35,162 nucleotides of DNA, taken from positions 1 through 35,162 of the IMG/VR virus record IMGVR_UViG_3300028587_000020; one strand, given 5' to 3'. Under the pieces are notes generated by a model. The model ran no database searches, was not told the origin of the DNA, and worked only from the letters and a program-made list of their open reading frames with translations. How positions within the stretch are numbered: the first letter of the stretch is position 1; each line of letters opens with the position of its first letter. The DNA comes from a virus (lineage: Duplodnaviria > Caudoviricetes). Made by a program: the position numbers and the translations under genes. Shown one piece after another: positions 26,473 to 33,393 of the stretch.

Positions 26473-27214
26473 CAGTCATTTCCTCAAACTTCGGAGGGGC
26501 TGGAACCTGCGGAGCTATTTGCGCCTGACCTGCAATTGTTTGCATTCTGTAGCTCTGCGCGCCAGCCAGCATGTTATTTGAAAGTCCAGTCGACAAACTT
26601 TCAGCCGATGCCGCCTGACTCAAATCCATGGCTAGATTGTGCAGAATGATCGGGTCCTTCACGTACTTCTGAATGATCTCAATAAAGGTGTGAAGGATTC
26701 GTCGCACGTCGACCTGAGCTTCCTCGTTAGGTCGATACCTTCCGGTCACTTCGTAATAAGTTTTGACAGCTGCGACATTTCCATTGCGCACACCTTTCAT
26801 GAGACCCTTGTGAGCCTCATGCATTTGGTGTTCCAGCATAAGTTCACTGCGCTGCCGAAGGTAGTCGGCAAAGTTTTGATCCTGAAGCCACATAGACCAC
26901 TGTCGACTAGAAATACCCATGTCGCGCAGTTTCTTTTCGTCGCTCCTGCGATCAATCAGATCTGTCATCACCGCAGCAGCATGCATTTGCTCAGGGGTGA
27001 AACAATCTTCAGCCGCGGGGAACATGATTCCACGAACTTTGAAGCTCTTCTGAACAAGTGGGTTAGCTTTGAAAGCTGTGAGAGTTTCTTCAGGCAAATT
27101 GTAACGAGCATTGATTTGGGCGTCGGTTGGAGCGCCACCAGTTGAAGCGCAAAACCTTTCGATGAAGTGAATCAGGTCAAGATCTACGTCAGTCAAAGTT
27201 GCAACTTCGCTCAC
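26465..27214 (-). CDS. HTH protein, putative terminase small subunit
   Basis: HTH (KLRDMGISSRQWSMW..DQNF..Y) followed by a helical GNVAAVKTYYEVTGRY segment resembling phBC6A51-type/TerS proteins. Confidence 0.55.
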   Translation of the reverse strand: MSEVATLTDVDLDLIHFIERFCASTGGAPTDAQINARYNLPEETLTAFKANPLVQKSFKVRGIMFPAAEDCFTPEQMHAAAVMTDLIDRRSDEKKLRDMGISSRQWSMWLQDQNFADYLRQRSELMLEHQMHEAHKGLMKGVRNGNVAAVKTYYEVTGRYRPNEEAQVDVRRILHTFIEIIQKYVKDPIILHNLAMDLSQAASAESLSTGLSNNMLAGAQSYRMQTIAGQAQIAPQVPAPPKFEEMTDG

Positions 27215-27459
27215 CAGCGACCTCGCTTCTGAATTTCAGCGTGCAGGTTTTCAACTTCCTGGAAGTGCTCCTTCTCAGGCACCGTGAAATACCGCGTCGC
27301 TACTGCGATGAAAGTTGTTGCCAGGTACCCAAGGATATGCGCGAAGTCAATGTTTCCCATGCGCCAATCCTGGAAGACCTGCAAAGCTACCGCGATGAGA
27401 AACGCATTGATGACAGGGTTTCGCCGAACGGATACCCAAAAGTTTTTTAGCAGCTTCAC
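27211..27459 (-). CDS. Putative holin (2 TM)
   Basis: 82 aa with two hydrophobic segments and a charged C-terminus, near the endolysin. Confidence 0.6.
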   Translation of the reverse strand: MKLLKNFWVSVRRNPVINAFLIAVALQVFQDWRMGNIDFAHILGYLATTFIAVATRYFTVPEKEHFQEVENLHAEIQKRGRW

Positions 27460-27645
27460 AATTGTTGCCTCAACTTTCTAGTGAAAACGGTTGTCAATAA
27501 GACGGGGCTGGGGGCCGGAAATCCATGATCACCCCCTAGGATGCCCCTTCCTGGCGTTTGACGGTACCTCTCGCGCCCTTGACCCCCTCTTAGGCACTTA
27601 CCTTCAGCCTCAGCCTGACAGGTCCTTAGAGAGCCGTACAGAGCC

Positions 27646-28161
27646 TCACCCCCTGGGGGCTGCTCCCAAACTTTCAAAAGTTTCTGACCAATTGTTGTCG
27701 ATCAACTTTACTTCGAGCAATGCCTCAAATACCTGCTGTGGCATCTTGTTCACAATGTTTTCTTCGTACTTCTGCACCATGTCAGGGTGCACGCAAAAAG
27801 CCACAGCGAATTGAACTGGGGAAGTCCAGTAGCCGCTCCGCCATCTTTCAAAGATAACGTGGCCAGGCAGGGAACTTCCGTGGCGCTCCAACTTGTGAGG
27901 ATTGAAACGCTCTTTCGTCGCGATGCGCGATGCCTTTTGAAAGACCTCGTATCTATGCGAAACCGCAGCGAGATTGATGTTCAAAGCTTCCGCTGTCCAC
28001 TTTTGAAGTGCAGGGTTCAGCTTGCTATAAGTTCCCTGCTCTACGCGGGAAATGTACTGGCGACTTAGGCCCAATCTTTTAGCCAAAGCCGGCCCGCTCA
28101 TACTTTGCGCAAGTCTTGCGTCGGCAACTGGATTAGCGAATCTTCCAGCAAAACTTCCCAA
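27646..28161 (-). CDS. XRE-family transcription regulator with two tandem HTH-like repeats
   Basis: ARLAQSMSGPALAKRLGLSRQYISRVEQG and a second repeat WRSG..TSPVQFAVAFCVHPDMVQKYE. SD AAGGAGG precedes the TTG start. Confidence 0.8.
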   Translation of the reverse strand: MGSFAGRFANPVADARLAQSMSGPALAKRLGLSRQYISRVEQGTYSKLNPALQKWTAEALNINLAAVSHRYEVFQKASRIATKERFNPHKLERHGSSLPGHVIFERWRSGYWTSPVQFAVAFCVHPDMVQKYEENIVNKMPQQVFEALLEVKLIDNNWSETFESLGAAPRG

Positions 28162-28219
28162 GGGCCTCCTTTTTAAGTTCCGTGAGTGGCCTTTTTGGGT
28201 TTGGGGTTACTGTGTTCTA

Positions 28220-28248
28220 ATTTTACGTCGGTACCTGTTGGTTGACAA
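28220..28248 (-). promoter_or_regulatory. Sigma70/HrdB-type promoter for the leftward arm
   Basis: TTGTCA-N17-TAAAAT on the minus strand, about 60 bp upstream of the XRE start. Confidence 0.7.
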
Positions 28249-28263
28249 CTGTAGAGAGAAAAA

Positions 28264-28449
28264 GTGAAAAAATTCCTGGTCGGGGCGACCCTTGCAACTT
28301 TCGTCGCTTGGGTGCCTGTAACAGTTGGTTTTGTTTTCGGTATTTACCTCGTCGAACACTTTGATTTCGAGGCCCTAAAGTTTGAGGCGTACTTTTGGTT
28401 TTTGATGGTCTACGGGGCGGCGGAATGGTTGACAAGCTTTTTTGGGTGA
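28264..28449 (+). CDS. Small two-TM membrane protein
   Basis: 61 aa with two hydrophobic stretches, but only a weak SD. Confidence 0.45.
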   Translation: MKKFLVGATLATFVAWVPVTVGFVFGIYLVEHFDFEALKFEAYFWFLMVYGAAEWLTSFFG

Positions 28450-28559
28450 ACTGGGGCTAGGGAACCAGAAAAAGGAAACGCGAGTGGAAATCAGGACAAC
28501 ATTAATCCCCCTGGCAAACTTTCCCTTGTAAGTCACCAAGGCGAAAGTTGGGGGAGATC

Positions 28560-28865
28560 ATGTACGCGGGAACAATCGCAGTCATCATCGCGGGTCTGAT
28601 TGGTCTGCTGGCCATGGCTTTCGGTGTTGAGGGTGACGAGCCGATGGGCGCGGACATTGTTCCCGTTGTCATTCCTCCGATGCCGAACTACGCGCCGCTC
28701 AGTGAAGTCACGTGGGAAGACTTTCACGCCGACGCGTACCAGGAATACGCCGACGCTTTCGATGACTATTTCAACGCCATCGAATACAAGCGTGCGAAGA
28801 ATGGCGCGTCGATGGTTCGTCGCCCCGGTGACAAGTCGTTCCGTTTCGTGAAGAAGGGTAAGTGA
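28560..28865 (+). CDS. Membrane-anchored hypothetical protein
   Basis: ATG 28560 follows SD GGGGGAG; N-terminal TM segment and GC3-rich codons. Confidence 0.75.
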   Translation: MYAGTIAVIIAGLIGLLAMAFGVEGDEPMGADIVPVVIPPMPNYAPLSEVTWEDFHADAYQEYADAFDDYFNAIEYKRAKNGASMVRRPGDKSFRFVKKGK

Positions 28866-29149
28866 TCAAAGTGAAGAAGTTCATCGGAGCCATCGCGTTT
28901 CTGGACAGTGAGAAGGAGGATCGGCGTACGGCAGTCATGACTTTCGAGATCATGACGGACTGGTTTCAGTCGGTGCTCGAATTCCACCGTCAGGCAGTAA
29001 AGCTGGGGGACTTTGACGGAACGGAGATTCTCGTCAACGTCTACGAGTACAGCGGAACGCACAAGCCTTTCGAGGGCGTTCACCCGTACATGTTCGACTC
29101 GCAGGATCTGATTCATTCTGAATCGATCCGAAACCCGTACCACGTCTGA
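28862..29149 (+). CDS. Hypothetical protein (95 aa)
   Basis: GTGA coupling, GC3-rich codons and a following terminator. Confidence 0.8.
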   Translation: MIKVKKFIGAIAFLDSEKEDRRTAVMTFEIMTDWFQSVLEFHRQAVKLGDFDGTEILVNVYEYSGTHKPFEGVHPYMFDSQDLIHSESIRNPYHV

Positions 29150-29150
29150 G

Positions 29151-29191
29151 AAAGTGCGGGGCCAGTCTTCGGATTGGTCCCCACTTTTTTT
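29151..29191 (+). terminator. Intrinsic terminator
   Basis: GTG(C)GGGGCCAGTC-TTCG-GATTGGTCCCCAC followed by T7, with a cUUCGg tetraloop. Confidence 0.9.
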
Positions 29192-29224
29192 GTCGGCGGC
29201 TGGAAAAGCGGGTGGAAGTTTGGG

Positions 29225-29775
29225 GCCTAGGCGTCCAGTCGCTAATGTTCTGGATGTAGGTCAGCGGCTCCGGTCCAGCGGCGGTTAGATTCCGTGCGCA
29301 GATTGGGCACCAAGGCGGGGAATTGTTTTCCCTAGAGCGTGCGAATGTCGCCCGGCAAAACTTTGAGAACTAAACATCGGGATTCACCCGAAAGTCTTCA
29401 ACGCTGGGAAGCGTGGGCGACTTTCCGCGATAGAACATTGTGAGTCGAAACTCTTCCGACCATCCGTTTCAGCAGGCGCGAAATTGCCTTCCCTGGGAAG
29501 TTTGTACTCCCATACCGCATAAGTGCGAACCACTGAACAATGGTCCGTCGGAATAAGTCGACTCCACTAGCCAAGAATATGAGCGCCACCTTTAGGTGTG
29601 ACTCATGTTCAACGCTTGACAAGTGATCCATAAGCATTCGCTTAGCGCGATGCGGCTTTGGGCATAACCGTGAACGGTCAAACCGGACACGAAAAATTCG
29701 CCCCTTCCGAGGGGTGAGTTATGCCCATTGCCGCTTCAAGGGCTGATAGACTTCCCTTGGGAAGCGATAAGGCAA
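29225..29775 (+). ncRNA. Candidate large structured ncRNA or leader with a boxA-like element
   Basis: About 600 bp without a credible ORF, with many helices including long-range pairs 29442-29460/29547-29564 and 29659-29668/29718-29727. G.U pairs favour the + strand. Confidence 0.7.
29361..29376 (+). promoter_or_regulatory. boxA-like Nus antitermination motif
   Basis: CTTTGAGAACTAAACA resembles the actinobacterial rrn leader boxA region, which I recall as (C/T)TTGAGAACTCAA(C/T)A. Confidence 0.55.
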
Positions 29776-29798
29776 CACCCAACCGAAAGGATCACATC

Positions 29799-30830
29799 AT
29801 GGCCAGCATGACGTTCGAAGAGGCGCTTGAGGTCGTCAAGGGTATGGGTATCCCTGACGCGGGACTTAAGCCGCTCCAGGACAAGTGGGCCGAGACCGAA
29901 AAGATGATCCTGCTCAACAATGAGCGGATCGTGAAGATCAACGCGGCAAAGGCGCAGGACCCGACAAAGCCCGGTTACGCGGATGAGCTGGACAAGCTTT
30001 GGGCGGTGCACGCTCCGCAGGACTCCGAAATGTCGGAGAAGGAGAAGGAATACCAGGCCATCACCGCAAAGGCCGAGAAGCTTCTGAAGGAACTGCGGGA
30101 ATTCGCCAAGACCAAGGTGACCCCGCCGCTTTCGGAGAAGGAGAATGCTGATCTCCGAAAGGCCGTCAACGACGGAAAGCCCGCCATCGATTCCGCGCGT
30201 GAGGGAATCAAGGCAATGGCAACAATGGTCGATGGCATTCTCACTGCCGCAGGAAAGCCGATTGAGGGTGGACTTGTTTCGCTTCTCCCGGAAGCTGACT
30301 CTCTGAAGAGTCTTCGGGGCCGAAAGGCTTCGGGTGGAAGTAGCACGTCCTACATGACGCGCATCGGTGATGGAATGGTCAACGGCACTTCCATCGCAAA
30401 GGATGGCAAGGCCAATTTCCACGCGGTGGCTGACAAGGTTTCGGAACTGTTCGGGGCCGGTCAGTTCCCCGCCAACAAGGTCACGGGTGAAGAAGTCGAA
30501 ACCGAGTTTTACAAGGCGATCGGTAAGGACTTCCGGTCGATGAAGACCGTGAAGACTCCGGATGCGCCGCAGGTTTCGGAGTTCGATTTCACCAAGGAAG
30601 TCACCACGGGTGAGAACACGACGGAAACCCGTACGGTGAAGATCTCAATTGTTGCGAAGGAGTCGGAGGCGAAGACGGAAAGCGAGAAGCCTGCCGACAA
30701 CAAGAGTGACAACACCCCGGCCGTGAAGAATGAGGGTGAGACCGAGAAGGTGGACGCCGAGAAGGTTCCCGCTCAGGAAGTTCCCGCCCCGGCAAAGAAG
30801 GCGACGGCCGCAAAGCCCGCCAACAAGTAA
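29799..30830 (+). CDS. Hypothetical Lys/Glu/Ala-rich protein (343 aa), likely highly expressed
   Basis: ATG 29799 follows SD GAAAGGA. Strong AAG/GAG/GC3 codon bias, coiled-coil N-terminal half and a PAKKATAAKP tail. Confidence 0.85.
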   Translation: MASMTFEEALEVVKGMGIPDAGLKPLQDKWAETEKMILLNNERIVKINAAKAQDPTKPGYADELDKLWAVHAPQDSEMSEKEKEYQAITAKAEKLLKELREFAKTKVTPPLSEKENADLRKAVNDGKPAIDSAREGIKAMATMVDGILTAAGKPIEGGLVSLLPEADSLKSLRGRKASGGSSTSYMTRIGDGMVNGTSIAKDGKANFHAVADKVSELFGAGQFPANKVTGEEVETEFYKAIGKDFRSMKTVKTPDAPQVSEFDFTKEVTTGENTTETRTVKISIVAKESEAKTESEKPADNKSDNTPAVKNEGETEKVDAEKVPAQEVPAPAKKATAAKPANK

Positions 30831-30849
30831 AACCCGCTAGACCAAATTA

Positions 30850-30877
30850 CCCTCGGTCAAATGGCCGGGGGTTTTTT
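30850..30877 (+). terminator. Intrinsic terminator
   Basis: CCCTCGGTCA-AA-TGGCCGGGGG followed by T6. Confidence 0.8.
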
Positions 30878-30909
30878 GGGTAGAAGCCAAAGACGAAAGG
30901 AAGCAACAA

Positions 30910-31032
30910 GTGAAGTACTTGGTATGCAGCAAGTGTGACAACGTAGATGTTGAAGAAGATTCCGGCCCATACAATGGCGGGCCATGCGGGAATCCGAAAT
31001 GCACCGGAACTTACCAGCCGATGAAAGACTGA
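30910..31032 (+). CDS. Zn-ribbon microprotein (40 aa), not in the ORF track
   Basis: MKYLVCSKCDNVDVEEDSGPYNGGPCGNPKCTGTYQPMKD*, SD GAAAGGAAG, flanked by terminators. Confidence 0.75.
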   Translation: MKYLVCSKCDNVDVEEDSGPYNGGPCGNPKCTGTYQPMKD

Positions 31033-31044
31033 AAGGTCAGACCC

Positions 31045-31072
31045 AACCCCCTCAATTGAGGGGGTTTTTTTT
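31045..31072 (+). terminator. Intrinsic terminator
   Basis: AACCCCCTC-AATT-GAGGGGGTT followed by a T-tract. Confidence 0.9.
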
Positions 31073-31438
31073 GTGCCTATTTTCTGGCGGCCGACCCCCT
31101 AGGGTGAGAGGTCTTCCGGAGTGGAATTTCCGCCGGTCGACGCCTATAGGTGAGAGGGTTCGCAAACAACCAAACTTTGAGCGAACAAGTGAACTTTGCT
31201 TTGACCTCAAAAGTTTTGGCCTCACGAACTTTCCAAAAGTTGAATGGGGCCAAACGGGTGAACTACTCCGTATGGGTACTGTTGGGGCACCCGGGGACTG
31301 TTGGGGTAAATCGGACAACTCACCCTGTTTATAACCAACCGGGACCTCACAGCCAGACCGACTGAAAGGAGTGTCGGCTGACTGTGAGTCCCATGACTTT
31401 TGCACAAAATAGGCCCCTGACCTGCGGCTTTTTCAGCG

Positions 31439-31467
31439 TTGCATATAGACTTGCAGATCTGTAGAAT
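31439..31467 (+). promoter_or_regulatory. Sigma70/HrdB-type promoter
   Basis: TTGCAT-N17-TAGAAT, 100 bp upstream of the wHTH gene. Confidence 0.7.
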
Positions 31468-31566
31468 CTGATTGACACATCCTGAGGATCTGCAAAAGCG
31501 GACATACCGGGCGGGGGCCCATAGTCCTGAGACTTTAGGGCTAACTTTCAAAAGATTGGAGGATAC

Positions 31567-32220
31567 GTGAATCTTAGCGAGAAAAAGAAAGTCAAGGCTT
31601 CTAACCAAAGTCTTGTGTACGGCGTGTTTGGCGAAGACGAAAAGCTTACCGTTCGAGAAGTTGCCGAACGCGTGAACTTGGGTCTCCGCGAGAATGGCCC
31701 GCACGAAAGAATCAGTGAAGCCACTGTTCGACGTGCGGTGAGTGATCTGGAGAAGTTGGGTTCACTCAAAAGTTATGGGAGGCAGAACAATGCTTTCCTG
31801 TACGGCAAGCCGACAGCTGCATTGTTTGACAGCGACCGGAAATTGATCCCTTACGCGGGTGAATTGAAGGACGTTGAAGATTTCATTCGCATCATCACTA
31901 ACCCCAAAGAACGGCCTTTCACGCGCAACACGGCCGTGATGGGGGAGAAGATGCAGCACAATGTGCGCCGACAATTGGCGTATGTTGTGATGAGTTCCAT
32001 CGACGCTGGCTTTTCTCAGCAAGTTCGTGACGTGAATACCACGCTGCACAAGCTTGTTGAGGACTTGGCGTATGTTCACAGCGTGCTGGAAGGTTTCTTG
32101 AATAGTCCCGTTTGGTACCCGCAATATCGGGACCAGATGGCTGTGGCCGTTCGGGAAATGCAGAAGAACGACCCGGAACTTTTCCAGTTGGCGCTGGACT
32201 ACATCAAGAGCGGGGAATGA
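31567..32220 (+). CDS. Winged-HTH DNA-binding protein
   Basis: LTVREVAERV...ISEATVRRAVSDLEKLG (DeoR/ArsR-like wHTH). SD GGAGG. Confidence 0.8.
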   Translation: MNLSEKKKVKASNQSLVYGVFGEDEKLTVREVAERVNLGLRENGPHERISEATVRRAVSDLEKLGSLKSYGRQNNAFLYGKPTAALFDSDRKLIPYAGELKDVEDFIRIITNPKERPFTRNTAVMGEKMQHNVRRQLAYVVMSSIDAGFSQQVRDVNTTLHKLVEDLAYVHSVLEGFLNSPVWYPQYRDQMAVAVREMQKNDPELFQLALDYIKSGE

Positions 32221-32354
32221 CACTCTTTGCGAGAGTACGCAAAGTCCCACATGAACAACTAAAACTTCCCAATCTCTAGCCAAGGCTTTCGTGGCCGAAA
32301 GTTTTTGGCTAGGGTGAAGGATCGCACCACCACCAAAAAATAACTCACACAAGG

Positions 32355-32933
32355 GTGGCAACAGTGCACGAAGTATCAATTCCCGCGACGATTAATGACC
32401 ATGACGCGCTCAATGGTCATTCTTCTCGCATCAATTGGCCGAACAGTCTTCACCCGGTCACTTTGAAGGTTCACTTCCACCTGTGCGAACTTCTTCACGC
32501 GTGGAACGCGTACCCCTTCAAGCGGGTGGAAAGCTTTGGCATCGCCGCTATCGACGAATGGTCGGAGCGAATGGGCCAGACGCGATTCAGCTTCACCTCT
32601 GAGGAAAGTCTGACCGACTTCCTTGACTTGTATGGTCTCGATGACTTTGAACTGAAGCGGTCGGGGCCGAACAATGGCACGGACTTTTGGTGGCTGACTC
32701 TCACCAACAAGTTCGCACGCGAGGACGTGAATGAATTCCTCAAGGTCTATGCCGCGTGCATGAACAACCTTGCTGTAATCAATGACGAAAGGCTCCGCGC
32801 CATTCGCACTGACGGCGGCAAGGTTGGCTTCATTTGCGTTGACCATTTCTCAGCGCGTGAAGCTGCGGAACTTATCCGCATCAAGCAGGCGCGCATGATT
32901 CTGGGGAAAGGCTTCAAGAACAATGAGAGCTGA
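32355..32933 (+). CDS. Hypothetical protein (192 aa)
   Basis: Long ORF with phage-like codon usage; the exact start is uncertain. Confidence 0.7.
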   Translation: MATVHEVSIPATINDHDALNGHSSRINWPNSLHPVTLKVHFHLCELLHAWNAYPFKRVESFGIAAIDEWSERMGQTRFSFTSEESLTDFLDLYGLDDFELKRSGPNNGTDFWWLTLTNKFAREDVNEFLKVYAACMNNLAVINDERLRAIRTDGGKVGFICVDHFSAREAAELIRIKQARMILGKGFKNNES

Positions 32934-32938
32934 GCAGA

Positions 32939-33166
32939 ATGACACGGGGCAAGCATCGCCGGAAGAAAGTTCGGGCGAACTTCAGCTTTCAAGTACCGAG
33001 TTTCATGCTGCGCAAACCGAAGAAGGCAAGAAGCTTTTTCACCGCGCTCAAAGGCTCTCGGACTTTTTCGATTGTGTTGCTATTGGTCGCCGTGCTGTTC
33101 GGCACGAGTCTAATAGTGATTTCACTCAAAGGGATTAGCGTTAGCGTGAAAATCAAAACCCCCTAG
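32939..33166 (+). CDS. Small membrane protein with a basic N-terminus
   Basis: MTRGKHRR (actinobacterial GxHR-type N-terminus) plus one TM segment. Confidence 0.55.
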   Translation: MTRGKHRRKKVRANFSFQVPSFMLRKPKKARSFFTALKGSRTFSIVLLLVAVLFGTSLIVISLKGISVSVKIKTP

Positions 33167-33243
33167 GCGGTGAAAGGGCGGGGCCCGGACTTTGACCGGA
33201 ATTTCGGGCCCCGGCTTTGACCGAATGAGGGAGGGAAAAGAAA

Positions 33244-33393
33244 ATGAACGAGTCGGCGCAGGAAATGGAACGAAAGCTTTTGTTCCATGAGCGAAAGATG
33301 AATGACCCTGGGTATCCAAAGTATTGGCGAGAAAGGTGCAGGGTAATGTACTGGCACTACCTTGAGCTTCTGACGAAACCAGAGGGCAAGTGA
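33244..33393 (+). CDS. Hypothetical microprotein (49 aa), not in the ORF track
   Basis: MNESAQEMERKLLFHERKMNDPGYPKYWRERCRVMYWHYLELLTKPEGK*, SD GGGAGGG, GTGA coupling to the next gene. Confidence 0.65.
   Translation: MNESAQEMERKLLFHERKMNDPGYPKYWRERCRVMYWHYLELLTKPEGK

Noticed and set aside
27456-27677. 73-aa minus-strand ORF between XRE and holin
   Set aside because: It has a TTG start inside the XRE gene, no SD and Gly/Arg-rich junk-like composition. The region looks regulatory.
29222-29569. tmRNA-like ends (GGGGCC... / ...GACTCCACTA, about 350 nt apart)
   Set aside because: The acceptor stem breaks at pair 5, there is no T-arm (TTCRA loop) and no CCA. The 3' segment pairs better with 29442-29448.
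29294-29775. Group II or group I intron (GTGCG at 29294; TCAACG motifs)
   Set aside because: There is no domain V (AGC/CGC triad hairpin), no recognisable P7 R/S elements, and the flanking genes are not split.
29721-29798. Longer N-terminus for the 29799 gene
   Set aside because: ATG 29721 is buried in a 10-bp helix with no good SD, whereas ATG 29799 has GAAAGGA and the codon bias starts there.
30984-31405. ORF-track ORFs across the 31.0-31.4 kb intergenic region
   Set aside because: They cross a clear terminator or lack SDs and have atypical composition. The region is better explained as structured non-coding DNA.
32923-33138. Alternative-frame 71-aa ORF
   Set aside because: The overlapping 32939-33166 frame has a more protein-like basic N-terminus plus TM segment. 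This alternative is not fully excluded.
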